NCBI GenBank assembly: GCA_949358305.1
Contig: OX442314.1
Coordinates: forward strand, 13,268,001-13,332,000
Direction of reading: 5' to 3'
Length of the DNA: 64,000 nucleotides
Source: Strigamia acuminata
Taxonomy: Eukaryota
Below, piece by piece: positions 32,287 through 43,909 of the stretch. Both the position numbers and the translations under genes were made by a program. How positions within the stretch are numbered: the stretch's first letter is position 1; every line of letters starts with the position of its first letter. The notes under the pieces are model-generated. The model was not told the origin of the DNA. It ran no database searches and saw nothing but the letters and a program-made list of their open reading frames with translations.

Positions 32287-33039
32287 GACTTGAGTTTCTT
32301 TCCCAGTTATCGCGTTGTTTTTTCCCATTTATTGAGTTTCTTATGAAAAAAAAATTAAAGAAATTTTTTTTTAATATTTAAATCCTGTACTACACCAAAA
32401 ACGATGGTTTCTGGTGTGGTTATTGCTATCTTCCCGAATGTGAGCGGTATTTGCAGCCTGTGTTGCGTTATTTGTGAACAACGTCTCGCACGAAAAAAAT
32501 AACGCACAAGCCTAGATGACAAGCATTTGTTGGTGATAATAATGACATTGTTTTGTGCGTCGTCAGGTGGCGTGCAAGCGTATTTGAATATATATATGTA
32601 ACCTACCGGTATGTAACTAATAAGAGTATAAACTTCACTTCCTGTTTAACATGCTGCAAATGTAACACACGTTTTATTTTATCTCCAACCACATCTTAAT
32701 GCCAATAACCCCATCCATAATCTCAACAGCATTAAAAAAAATAGTGGTGTCACGGACATTGTGTTCTGCAGTATTGCAAATACAGTACATCTTGATTTTG
32801 TAGTGTTGTTCACTGACTTTGGCACCACTGCCGTTCAGATTATGGATGGGGTTATTTGCATTAAGATGTGGGTGGAGATAAAATTAGACAAGGAAGATAA
32901 CAATAACCACACCCAGAAACCATCGTTTTTGGTGTAGTACAGGGTTTAAATTTAAAATAAAAAAATTCTTAATTTTTTTTCATAAGAAACGCAATAAATG
33001 GGAAAAAACAACGCGATAACTGGGAAAGAAACTCAAGTC
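32287..33039. mobile_element. Non-autonomous foldback element with ~150-bp terminal inverted repeats and an inner ~55-bp inverted repeat pair
   Basis: 32287-32434 is the reverse complement of ~32892-33039; ~32676-32730 pairs with ~32829-32884. Confidence 0.7.
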
Positions 33040-33473
33040 TCAAGTCAATCGTAATCTGAGTGCAACGCGTACTGCAGTAAAATCACAATTATTAAAAATT
33101 AAAATACAATGTTCAAATAAATACTACATATTTATTGTTTCAAACCTGTAAACGTCATCAATTCATTCGTCCATCCATCGCCAGCACGTTTTTTTTCGTT
33201 ATTGCATTTCTTTTTATTCCGCGTTTTGTTGCGTTGTTGCGTTATCTCGGAATATCGCAATGCGTTGTTTCTGCAAGAATGCATTGCAATATTAGGAAAA
33301 AAATAACGATGGGCATTACTTTGGCAACGCACACAAGCTTACGATCAACATTCACAAGCACACCATTATCAACTCTATACTGCTAATGGACTTGATGCAA
33401 TTGTGTGGCAAGTTGCACAGACACCAAACGTGAATCGGGTGAAGCAACAGGAGTCATTAACATCCAAAGACAT

Positions 33474-33715
33474 TGGATACCTATAAAAATGGTCTGCTAT
33501 GGCATTTTCCTTCCCTGAGCAATGTACTGGCGTGTAATCAAAAGACCCAAAATCCACAACATACCTTGCGAAGTTCCTATTCAACGTAGCCGTATTAACA
33601 ATCATATGCGGTTGTAAAATTATCAAAAACCAACGTAAAGTGCGATCCTAACAAATAAAATCTAAATTTTTCATAGAGAGTCCAATGCACTGCCTTTTTA
33701 AACTTCAAATTCTTT
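33474..33715 (-). mobile_element. Degenerate Ty3/gypsy RNase H relic (frameshifted)
   Basis: KAVHWTLYEKFRFYLLGSHFTLVFDN, frameshift, then FARYVVDFGSFDYTPVHCSGKENAIADHFYRYP, matching the ...KFRxYLxGxxFxxxxD...FDYxxxHxxGKENxxADxLSR pattern. Confidence 0.7.
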
Positions 33716-33803
33716 AATCTTGTGGCTTCAAACACCATACGCACCTCCCAGACCATCGGCAAAATATGTGCCCACTCTCAACTCAACTAAATGACATTTA
33801 TTA

Positions 33804-34233
33804 CTATAGGGTGTCCCAAAAATAACGCAAGATTTGAATTAGCCGCCATTTGTGCAGTAAATTGTTGGCAACCCTGAAACAACAACGATTTGACAGCTGA
33901 AAGTTTAGGGTTTTACCTGCCGAAATTGGATTATATTGATGTGGCCAATATGTGGTTTCAACAAGACAGTGCCACATGTCATATTGCCATACAACCATGG
34001 AAACAATTCAATTACTGCATGAAACATCACTGGTTTCGGTGATCAGAATTAACCCCTTTTTCTTGCACCGTCTTGTTGAAACCACATATTGGCCACATCA
34101 ATATAATCCAATTTCGGCAGATAAAACCCTAAACTTTCAGCTGTCAAATCGTTGTTGTTTCAGGGTTGCCAACAATTTACTGCACAAATGGCGGTTAATT
34201 CAAATCTTGCTTTATTTTTGGGACACCCTATAG
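33804..34233. mobile_element. Tc1/mariner-derived MITE with ~170-bp TIRs that include a transposase fragment
   Basis: TA-flanked; 33804-33972 is a near-perfect reverse complement of 34064-34233; from 33911 reads FYLPKLDYIDVANMWFQQDSATCHIA, then METIQLLHET and FGDQN*P. Confidence 0.85.
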
Positions 34234-34362
34234 TAGCTAGCTTTTATCACGCGAGATATTAATGCCCGAGACCAAACATTAGACTTGCAAAAATTCAATG
34301 TGATAATCCTGAGTGACGACTGACGACCGCACATATTCCTTTTCTTTTTTTTTACATGAATA

Positions 34363-34490
34363 CAGTCGAAACTCTTTGTAACGAATCGCAAGGGACCCGA
34401 AAAATGGTGTCTTATGCCTATGGCCAAACCGGCCATTTTTATGTATTCGTTATTTGTTACATCGGGATTCGTTATAAAGAGTTTCGACTG
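34363..34490. mobile_element. 128-bp Tigger/pogo-like MITE
   Basis: TA on both sides; TIR CAGTCGAAACTCTTT(G/A)TAACGAATC matches at 24/25. Confidence 0.85.
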
Positions 34491-34741
34491 TATAAGCATG
34501 ACTCACATATTTATTATTATTATAATTTCATGTCTGGTTATCCGCCGGTACCGGTTTTGTATGAAAAACTCAAGCTGAATTTTATTTATTTTATTCTTTG
34601 ATTGCTTATTTCGAATCAATAAAATGTTTTTTCTTTGTTCAGAACAACAAAACTATAAGAATGGGTGTTTTTTTCAACTTCCTTCTGGCCTATTATAGTT
34701 TCTCTGCTTTATGTAAAAGGATTAAGACAGAACACAACTAC

Positions 34742-37063
34742 ATGGATCTTTGTTCTATTTTGTTCTTCGTGTGCGTGGTTTGTGCCGTTGTTGTTGGTGT
34801 TATTTTAGCGCGATGTGATTGTGATTTGACATTGTGGTTTTTGGAGAAATGGGGGAAACCACTGAGTGAGTATTTGTAAACTTGGAGGTGTCTTAGTAAC
34901 ATAAATTATTCTATCTTCTTTATTTTGTAAAAAGATAGCTTGGCGGGGAAAGTGGTGTGGATCGTCGGGGCCTCGAGTGGAATCGGCGAATGTTTGGCGT
35001 ACGAAATTGCGAGTCAAGGCGCAAAGATGGTTTTATCGGCAAGACGAGAAGATGAATTAAATAGAGTTAAGGCTGAATGTTTAAGTAAGTAAAGATAATA
35101 TTTTAACGTAAATTTCCATTCATAAAAGGGCAAAAAAATGCAATAAAAATTAAAAAACTTACAAACAAAAAATTATTTTCTTTGTAGTTAGATACACCCA
35201 ATTCTATTTTTACACGGTCTTTGTTTTATACGATTTTGATTTAATACACCTAGAAAAATAAATTCCACTCAGTTTTAACGCGATTGTTTTGATTTAACAT
35301 GGTTCTTATAGAGATTTATAAAAAAATACATAAAGTAGCTGCATTTAAAGAATCATGTTTTAAGTGCGTTTGGTGTTTTGTGTTCGTTTTTGTAACTTAC
35401 CACCACAAAAACAAACATCTATAACACGATCTTTTCGAATGTAATTAGTGTCTTTTTTTCAACACGTTTTTTCCCCGAATGTATCTACCATTTAAAAACA
35501 GAATTGGGTGTATAATATTTAAAATAATTAAGATAATTATTGTATCTACAGCAAAATAATTTATGAAAATGTAAGAAAATTGTATTTTCTTGCATTTTAT
35601 TATAAAAATTTGATTTCATCAATCATTAACATTTTCTAGGACGAGGAAAGTCTACAAACACTGACATATTAGTTCTGCAGTTGGATGTAACTTCAACTAT
35701 CACTCATTCTTCAAAGGTTCAGGAAGTTTTGAGCCAATTTGGACAGGTGATAAATAATAAACAGTTAACAAATAAAACGTGTTACAAATAACATCAGGGA
35801 TCCGTAATACGCGCAACAATACCAATCCCACCTAAGAATGGTGTTGCGTAGTGCAATTATTCGTACGCGCGACAAATCGCATACAAATCACGTAGGCTTG
35901 CGTGTGCGCAAGTCGCAACTGCAAATTGTTCTGCATCATGCCACGATTCGTACGCGCGATTATGCATGCAAACAGTTTGCTTAATCGCGACGTCGCGGGT
36001 AAGAATATCGCGTGTATTTTAGGTTGATATTTTGGTAAACATGGCCGGTCGCACGCTACGCGCACGATGGGAGAAAATCGATTTAGATGTCGATCGTCAA
36101 CTTTTTGAAATCAATGTTTTCGGGATAATAAATTTAACTCGCTGTTTATTGCCGAGCTTTCTCAGCAAAAAGAAAGGACACGTGGTCACCATGAGCAGTT
36201 TGGCAGGAAAAATGGGTACCGGTATATTCGAAATAATGTGTGAACCAAATCCATATTTTAACTAAAATTAAAAATGAATTCTGATAAACATTTGCAACAG
36301 GTTGTCCAGGTTCCTCTTCCTATACAGCATCAAAACACGCTCTACACGTTCGTATACAATCAACTCAAATAAATTACCTTTATAATTAGTTCTCGTAGGG
36401 TTACATGGAGTCTTTGCGATGGGAAAAAAGCCGTGACCATATTGACGTCACCATGATATGCCCGGGAGTCGTAACGTCGAACATATTCGAGACGGCTTTC
36501 ACTGGAAATTTTGGAAAAGTAATAAATTTTTCTTTTTTTTAAATGTATTAAACACAAAATACTAAGCGCATTCATAAAGAAATTTCGACTAACCAGCATT
36601 TTAAACAACATAATTAAACTGCTTTTCTCAATTTAACTTCAAAAATGGCGTACGATTTAGTCTATGTTAGTCGCGGCGTGCATGTTTAACTACAAGTTAA
36701 ATATGACTTTATGAATGGACCTAGTAATATATCTACCTTTCTGAAATAGATTGCGGATCTAGGCTGGACGGTTAAAGACCAGGGAATGCCCACCGATCGT
36801 TGTGCTCATTTGTGCGCCATCGCCATTGCTAACAGAGTCGACGAAGCCTGGATTGGCAATCAACCAGTGCTGTTAACTGGTTACTTAATTCAATACTTAC
36901 CGACCATTAGTCGAATGTAAGTTGATGTTGAATTTGTCGATCCTCCAAAATTGCCGAATTAATACGATATGACAATATTTACTCACGTTTCAGGATTGGT
37001 TCTACGATTGATCTCAGTAAAATGATGACAGGTTGCGACGGTCCGTCCGCAAAAACAAAATAA
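34742..37063 (+). CDS. DHRS7: DHRS7-like copy 2 (tandem duplicate, reading frame apparently intact)
   Basis: Same 8-exon structure as copy 1 with GT-AG sites kept; GASSGIG and SYTASKHAL kept; NNAG changed to NMAG; ends SAKTK*. Confidence 0.8.
35195..35510. mobile_element. TA-flanked MITE in intron 2 of DHRS7 copy 2
   Basis: TA-CACCCAATTCTATTTTTA ... TAAAAACAGAATTGGGTG-TA; not seen in the copy 1 intron. Confidence 0.75.
35795..36012. mobile_element. CpG-rich insertion in intron 3 of DHRS7 copy 2, possibly a truncated hAT-like element
   Basis: Absent from the homologous copy 1 intron; begins CAGGGATCCG; internal TTCGTACGCGCGA repeats; no second TIR seen. Confidence 0.45.
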
Positions 37064-37387
37064 AACTTCACTTCACGGCACGTGTTGACGGATAAAATCA
37101 AACTCATTTCGTTCTTTTCGTCCGTGTTAGTTTACATTTGAGCTGTTTTTAAAAGACGTTTTTTTCCTAACACAATAATGTATTAAAGTACCACAATAAT
37201 TAAAAATATTTTTTCTTTATACATTTAATTGGCGAAATTACTAACAAGCACTTACAAACAACACGATATTTAAAAAAATACAAATTTCGTCTAAAACAAA
37301 CTGACCAAAACAAATTTGAGTGACAATAATATTTACCTTTCAGATAAAACGAAATTATACACACCTAATAAACAAATGAATGGGCGC

Positions 37388-39088
37388 CTAAAAGTGCAAT
37401 GGCTCAAAACTGGGCACTTTAATTGTGTTTTCGGTCATTTTATTCAGTGCCATATCCTCGATGCTAGCCAGAGCGGAGAACACTTGACCAGGAACATTTT
37501 CTTGCGACTGAAAATAGGTGCGCAACGAGCGCACCAAACCGAGCACGTCCTTGGGTTTGGGCGGCGGTTGTCCACATTCCTCCATATCCGCATCTTCGCC
37601 GGCGAGCCCGTGGCTGGCAGTGTCGTTAGAATCTGGTTGCGAAGCGTGCGGGACCCACTCGTTGATGGACGAAGAAGTTTGGTTCCACGTCTCCTCGCAG
37701 ATCGGAAGGAACTCGTCAATGTCGATGTATTCTAAGGCAGACATTTTGTGAGTGATCTGACAACGTTGCAAATAGGCCGCGATCAGTTTGTTTAGCACTT
37801 GCGCCTGGTGCGTGTACTCCTCCTGATTGATCATAATGTCTCCCGTCAACGGATGGATGAAGCCGGATTTACGAAAACAGCCCATGATGGTCACCGGACT
37901 CACCGAGTCCCATGCCCACGACAACATGTCCGCCGCGTCGCGCACCGTCGCGATTCTCCGCTCACCGACGTTCGTTTCGGCCAAAGCGTGTTGCAGCAAT
38001 CTGCGCCGATAGTAGCACTTGGTCACTTGTTTGACCCCCTGCACTAAGGGGTGGTACATGCCGGTGTTGGGCGGCAGGAAGCGCACTTCGGTCGCTTGGA
38101 GAAACACGTTGAGATGATGGGCGGGACAGTTGTCTATGAAGAGCAGAACTTTGCGTTGTTGCCATTTCATTTTCTCGTCGAATCGCAGAAACCATTTCTC
38201 GAAGAGAATCGCGTTCATCAGCGCCCGTTTGTCGGAACCGTACGTCACGGGGAGTGATTTGACGCCCTTGAACGATCTGGGGTTCGGAAATCTTCCGATC
38301 AAAAGCAATTTCTCCTTCTCGGAGCCGTCCATGTTGCAGCACAGAAGCGCCGTCAGTCTGTCCTTGTTCTGACCCGGCAGCGCCACGTTCTCCACCTTCT
38401 GTCGGAGCAAATCGTCGGGTAAAAGGTGGTAGAGGAACCCGGATTCGCCGGCTACGAATATATCTCGCGGAGCGTATTGTTGGAGGATCGAAGGCAACTC
38501 GTGTTGTTGCCAATCTCTGACAACGGCCATGCCTATCGACGACTTATCTTTGCCTCCTGCTTTAAAATGAATATTATGTCGCGATTTAAAACGTTCCAAC
38601 CAACCATTGCTTGCCTTGAAATCGTTCCTGCCCAACACCTGCGCGAGTTCTTTCGCTTTGGTTTTCACCATCGGGCCACTGACCGACGCGTTTTTCGAGC
38701 ACGCGTCGCGGTACCAGCGCAGTACGGAGTCTTCCACTTCCCCTATGGACGACGTGCGCACTCTTTTCAGGGAAATGTTGTGGCATTTGTATTGGTTCAT
38801 GATTTTCTCCTTGTTTTTGTAGATGGTCGATAGAGTGCTCTGAGAAATGCCGTATTCCTTTGCGATTTCGTTCTTCTGTCTCTTCGTCGATTCGACTTCG
38901 CGGATTATTTCGGCTTTGGTTTCGAGACTCAGCGCGCGTCTTCGGTGAATGGCTTCGACTTTCTGCGATGTTTGGAGGTTTCTACTGATGGCTGATTTGG
39001 CTGATAGTTTGGCTTGTCTTTTATTGTTTTCGATTCTTGGTTCCAATTTCACGGGAGTTTCCACCAAATTGTACGTCGGTTCATTCAT
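37388..39088 (-). CDS. Tigger/pogo transposase-derived protein (CENP-B-type HTH + DDE_1), catalytically inactive, paralog A
   Basis: RRALSLETKAEII...YGISQSTLSTIYKNK, FKASNGWLERFKSRH, LLFIDNCPAH; first and third catalytic Asp replaced (IFVAGESG, HPLVQG); no flanking TIRs seen. Confidence 0.9.
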   Translation of the reverse strand: MNEPTYNLVETPVKLEPRIENNKRQAKLSAKSAISRNLQTSQKVEAIHRRRALSLETKAEIIREVESTKRQKNEIAKEYGISQSTLSTIYKNKEKIMNQYKCHNISLKRVRTSSIGEVEDSVLRWYRDACSKNASVSGPMVKTKAKELAQVLGRNDFKASNGWLERFKSRHNIHFKAGGKDKSSIGMAVVRDWQQHELPSILQQYAPRDIFVAGESGFLYHLLPDDLLRQKVENVALPGQNKDRLTALLCCNMDGSEKEKLLLIGRFPNPRSFKGVKSLPVTYGSDKRALMNAILFEKWFLRFDEKMKWQQRKVLLFIDNCPAHHLNVFLQATEVRFLPPNTGMYHPLVQGVKQVTKCYYRRRLLQHALAETNVGERRIATVRDAADMLSWAWDSVSPVTIMGCFRKSGFIHPLTGDIMINQEEYTHQAQVLNKLIAAYLQRCQITHKMSALEYIDIDEFLPICEETWNQTSSSINEWVPHASQPDSNDTASHGLAGEDADMEECGQPPPKPKDVLGLVRSLRTYFQSQENVPGQVFSALASIEDMALNKMTENTIKVPSFEPLHF

Positions 39089-39654
39089 CTTGATAAATGA
39101 TGGTGGGAGGAGGAGTAATTTTTTTTTCAATCAAATCACACAAACAAATGACATGCGAAATTGCAACTTCGATATTAAAACTGTCAAATTTGTCTTCCGA
39201 GAGAATCTGAAATGAAAATAAAAAGAGAGATTTAAATTTAGAATTTTTCTCTTTTTAAATTAATTAAATTTTTTTTTTTAAATAAAAATATAAAAATAAA
39301 ATAAAATCAGCTGAGGCTTGTGGTTCCAGTTTTAAAATTAATAATATTTCAGATTCTCTCTCTGAGACGTAAAGTAAAAATTGGGAAAAATTCATGTAAA
39401 ATTTCACGTAAAAGACAGTTTTCTCTCTCTTTTTTTTATACAATAATTATAAAAAAAAAAAATCACCATTTGTCTACCTTCCAGTCGTCGTTTAGTGTCA
39501 ACTCACTCAAAATATTCAAAACACCTAAATTCATTTAAATATACAAATCATTTACCACATGAACCCATAGAAATTTTACACAATAAAAATAAAAAATAAA
39601 AATATAAGAACCGGCGAGAAGAAAAAAACTGGCAAATCACTCACACACTTATAA

Positions 39655-41361
39655 TTAAAAATGCATAAACTCCAGCCCAGGAGTTTTCAGCACATTCTCA
39701 GTCATCTTATACAAAACTGACTCTTCCAAATTCGCAAGCGCGGCGAACACTTGTCCCGGAATATTCTCCTGACTCTGGAAAAACGATCTCACAGACTGCA
39801 ACATGTTCAACACCTCCTTCGGCTTGGGCGCCGGCTGCCCCAACTGCTCGTCGTCGTCCTCCTCCTCCGACTGATGCAGCGGCGGTTGCTGCGCCGCCTG
39901 ACTCTGGTCCTGATTATTCGTCGGCGGCTGATTCGGATGCGGCAAAGGCGCCTGATTAGGCAGCTGATTCGGTTGCGGAAGCGGGAGTCCCCCCTGCGAA
40001 GCTTGCGGCTGCTGGCCGGGCCACGCGCTCATCACTGGCGAGCCCTGGTTCCAAGTGTCCTCGCAAACCGGCAGAAACTCGTCCACGTCGATGTACTCCA
40101 GCGCGGAGATTTTGTGAAGAACTCGCCGTCGCTGTAGGAAAGCCGCGATGAGAACGTTCAACGCTTGGACTTGGTGCGTGTACTCGTCCAAATTGATGGG
40201 GATCTCGCCCATGGCCGGGTGCATGAAGCCGGATTTTCGAAAACAACTCATGACGGTGGCGGGACTGACCGATTCCCACGCCCACGCGAGCATGTCGGCA
40301 GCATCTCGCACCGTAATCGGCTTCATTTTGTCCGGGTTTTGTTCCGCCAAGGCACGTTGCACGATGCGCCGCCTGTAATAGCATTTGGAGACTTGTTTGA
40401 TGCCTTGCGACAACGGATGGTACATGGTGGTGTTGGGCGGCAGGAATCGCACTTCCGTCGCCTGCAAGTAAACGTTGAACCGGTGCGCCGGGCAGTTATC
40501 TATGAACAAAAGCACTTTGCGTTGCTGCCACTTCATTTTCTCGTCAAACCGCAGAAACCACTTTTCGAACAGAACCGCGTTCATCAGCGCTCGTTTGTCG
40601 GACGCGTAAGTCACTGGCAGAGATTTGACGCCTTTAAAAGAGCGGGGGTTAGGAAATCGTCCGATTAACAGCAGTTTTTCCTTCTCGGAACCGTCCATGT
40701 TGCAGCAAAAGAGTCCCGTCAAGCGGTCCTTGTTTTTCTGTATGATTGGATTCGTGGCACTTTTCTGCTTGACTAGATCATCCAAAGTTAAGTGGTAAAG
40801 AAAACCCGATTCGCCAGCGACAAATATGTCTCTGGGCGCGTACTGCTGGAGGATTGTGGGTAATTCGTGCTGCTGCCAGTCGCGGACCACAGCCATGCCG
40901 ATGTTCGCCTTTTCCTTGCCGCCACTCTTAAAATGGATCCTGTGTCGTAGTTTGAAACGCTCCAACCATCCGTTGCTGGCTTTGAACGTGTTGTTGCCGA
41001 CCACTTGCGCTAGTTCCTTCGCTTTGTTCTTGACCATGGGTCCGCTAACGGAGATGTTCTTCGAACACGCGTCGTGGTACCAGCGGAGAACGGCTTCTTC
41101 GACTTCGCCGATGCTCGACGTGCGAACTCGTTTGAGGGTCACGTTGTGCCGTTTGTACTGATCTAAAATCCTATCTTTGTTTTTGTAGATTGTGGATAGT
41201 GTACTGTGTGAAATGCCGTACTCTTTGGCAATTTTGTTTCTTTGTCGGTTCGAAGACTCTACGTCACGTATTATATCAACCTTAGTCTCTAGAGACAATG
41301 CTTTCCTTCTATTAGGAGTTCGCACTGGCGCAGGAGCCACAGCTGCTTCAGCCATTTTCAT
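39655..41361 (-). CDS. Tigger/pogo transposase-derived protein, catalytically inactive, paralog B
   Basis: 568-aa intact ORF collinear with paralog A; IFVAGESG and HPLSQG substitutions; Q/P-rich insert near the C-terminus. Confidence 0.9.
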   Translation of the reverse strand: MKMAEAAVAPAPVRTPNRRKALSLETKVDIIRDVESSNRQRNKIAKEYGISHSTLSTIYKNKDRILDQYKRHNVTLKRVRTSSIGEVEEAVLRWYHDACSKNISVSGPMVKNKAKELAQVVGNNTFKASNGWLERFKLRHRIHFKSGGKEKANIGMAVVRDWQQHELPTILQQYAPRDIFVAGESGFLYHLTLDDLVKQKSATNPIIQKNKDRLTGLFCCNMDGSEKEKLLLIGRFPNPRSFKGVKSLPVTYASDKRALMNAVLFEKWFLRFDEKMKWQQRKVLLFIDNCPAHRFNVYLQATEVRFLPPNTTMYHPLSQGIKQVSKCYYRRRIVQRALAEQNPDKMKPITVRDAADMLAWAWESVSPATVMSCFRKSGFMHPAMGEIPINLDEYTHQVQALNVLIAAFLQRRRVLHKISALEYIDVDEFLPVCEDTWNQGSPVMSAWPGQQPQASQGGLPLPQPNQLPNQAPLPHPNQPPTNNQDQSQAAQQPPLHQSEEEDDDEQLGQPAPKPKEVLNMLQSVRSFFQSQENIPGQVFAALANLEESVLYKMTENVLKTPGLEFMHF

Positions 41362-41727
41362 ACGGCTTTAAAGAGTTATCTACCTGTGTAACATTCCTCT
41401 CCGAGACCACTCGCAAACAGCCGAAGGTGAATCATTTCTTATTTGTATTTCTGTATGGATAAATAACAATAAAAAGTGTGTCAACAAATCAAATTAAGAA
41501 AATGTCTTATCAGTGACGTAAACAGTGAGTACCCTACATATGAACATTTGAGTTTCAAAGTACGATTAAAAATTTTGTTTAATTTCTAATAAAAAAAATT
41601 AAAAAATACGATTTAAAATGTTTTCATGAATTAAGATTAACAATTTTTTCATCTTGTACATCTTTGTTGGACTTACGAACAATTCGACTTGCAAACTCGT
41701 TTGCATGTAGGGGACGTAACTGTAAAT

Positions 41728-41767
41728 GTAAACAAATGTAAACAAATGTAAACAAATGTAAACAAAC
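41728..41767. repeat. Four tandem 10-bp GTAAACAAAT units (forkhead-like sites)
   Basis: Read directly from the sequence, upstream of Tigger-derived paralog B. Confidence 0.8.
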
Positions 41768-41913
41768 ACAAGTTTGTAGAATAAAAAAAAGAAATTTTCA
41801 ATTTTTTAGCTGTTTTGCAGTTGAAATTTGTTTGCGGCACTGAAATCGACTCATTTTCTTGATAAATTAACAAAATTACCTTAAAATTATTATTATTATT
41901 ATTTTACTTCAGT

Positions 41914-42865
41914 TTAAGATTTTTGGATGATCAATTTCGCATTCCCTTTTAACACAATCTTAAAAAGAAAAAAAATATATATATTTAAAAATTCAATAAA
42001 ATAATATATAAAAACACTCACAGCTGATCTTTCCAATACACTGCATGTATAATTCGCTTCGACTATTGTTTTCCTAACGTCAGTTATGTGAACTCGGGCA
42101 ACAACGGTTTCCCCAATAAACACTAAAAAATATTTCATTTTTAAATAAAAAATAAATTGTAATTAGAAAATTCTTTATAATCCAATACATACATGGAGAA
42201 GTATATTCCAAATTCTGATTAACCACAATGCAACCCGCACCTGGTAATTTCGTGCCCAAAACAGCAGAAATCAATCTAGAAATTTAAAAAAAGAAAAAAA
42301 ATAGACATGAGTAATTACACTCACGACACGACAATCGCTTAAATGATATCCTGGACTAACATGAGATACATATCTGTATCTTTGCCTTGTTGTAATGACG
42401 AGGTGTGTTTTGGTTGGGCGCATTCGTTATTACAACGCAACTCGTTTATAGAACACCAAATAACAAGCGAATCTACTGCAGAAAATTACGTCATTTTGAT
42501 GCACGCGATCAAAATGAAAAGGCACTCGGTTACGAGAAAACGGAGGGAAAGCACTTTTCATCGTTTCACAATGCAATCGTACGCTTGAAATTTGGGCCTA
42601 GCATACGCTAACTGCCATTTCTTTTTACGCACCCGTTCAAAAGAGCACCGTGTACGATACAGCGACCGTATTTCGTACTGCGTGCAAACGCGGCATCCAG
42701 ATGAATTGGGTTGTTGTCTCCGGAAATTCGAGCGAAATTTGCTACGTCTTGATACGTAAATGTTCTCACAATTTCTGCAAAATCATTCACTGCAATGGTA
42801 TAGAAACGTAAGTTAGGGAAAACGAACAAAGACCTCGCTAATACGCGCGGCCGACATAATGCCAT
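41914..42865 (-). CDS. HTD2: Mitochondrial hydroxyacyl-thioester dehydratase type 2 / MaoC-like dehydratase, 4 exons
   Basis: Arg-rich presequence MALCRPRVLARSL, hydratase motif FARISGDNNPIHLD...IVHGALLNG|LISAVLGTKLPGAG, ends GNAKLIIQKS*. Confidence 0.85.
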
Positions 42866-43316
42866 CGTTATGGAGTGTCGCCTAGTGTCAATTATAAGCA
42901 CTTTCTTATGTAAACACGATATTATCAAAAACAACTTTATTGAGAAAGCAGCAACTAGGAGACATTCTTAATTGTTTTTTTTTATGTTTATAGTTTGGCT
43001 TACTTTTTATTTTTATTTATTTACAGTGTTCGCTCAATTTTATACAACAACCATTTGAATTACTGTACGTTTATAAAAACCTACTCCTGTAGGCGACATT
43101 TAAAGTTATATAATGCAATTTATTGTGTTTTAGGCACAACCTAAAAACAAAAATCCGACTTATGTAGAAATAATCTTCTCGTCTGAAAGATTTAAATCAC
43201 CAAATCACAAATCACCGATTGCTGTTTTTATATATTTTTTTCCATTGTTTCTTCATACTGTGATCAAAATTCAAACTTATTAAATTTAATAATTGTGAAA
43301 ACAAAACTTCTTACTT

Positions 43317-43478
43317 TTATACGGCATGTATTAATAATTTTAGAATGACTAAGAAAATGTAAAAGACAATTAAAAGTGGGATGACGTGTCTAAGAAGAAA
43401 GTCATAGGTTTCGTCAACCGACTTCTTCGACAACATTTTCCTAAAGATTTTCTGAACGATATTTTCATTTCGAAACAT
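43317..43478 (-). CDS. Putative 53-aa single-pass membrane microprotein D1
   Basis: MFRNENIVQKIFRKMLSKKSVDETYDFLLRHVIPLLIVFYIFLVILKLLIHAV*; homologs of the same length at 58888 and 61772. Confidence 0.55.
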   Translation of the reverse strand: MFRNENIVQKIFRKMLSKKSVDETYDFLLRHVIPLLIVFYIFLVILKLLIHAV

Positions 43479-43614
43479 TGAATGACAATTCTGGATGAAA
43501 AGTTAGGGTTAAGCTAAACTCAACATTCATCCATTTTAAAGTAACAATAAATACAGTTCCCATTGTTTAGACAATCCAATTCGCCCTTTACAAATTACAA
43601 AGAAATCTTTTAAG

Positions 43615-43909
43615 TTAATATGCTGCCTCTTCATCCGCATGAGTGAATCGTCCAGCCAGACTAATTCTGAGGATACAGAAAATTAAGTTCTTATTTTGAA
43701 AAAATTCGTTCTCAGTTTGTAACATCAAATTACACTTACAAAGTGGCATTTGCATATTTTACAAGAAAAATTATGAAATATATAACCGCAAGCATAGGTA
43801 TAATGTGCATAAAAAGCATGTGATAATAAAGTCGAATGACATCACTGTCTAAAACATCCTCATCAAGGGTTTTCTTATCTTTGAAGCCATATAGTATAGT
43901 TATATTCAT
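43615..43909 (-). CDS. Putative membrane microprotein C1 (57 aa unspliced to 43736, or ~73 aa if spliced)
   Basis: MNITILYGFKDKKTLDEDVLDSDVIRLYYHMLFMHIIPMLAVIYFIIFLVKYANATL; upstream TTTTCAG acceptor, AAAATG start, GTAAGT donor at the end. Confidence 0.5.
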
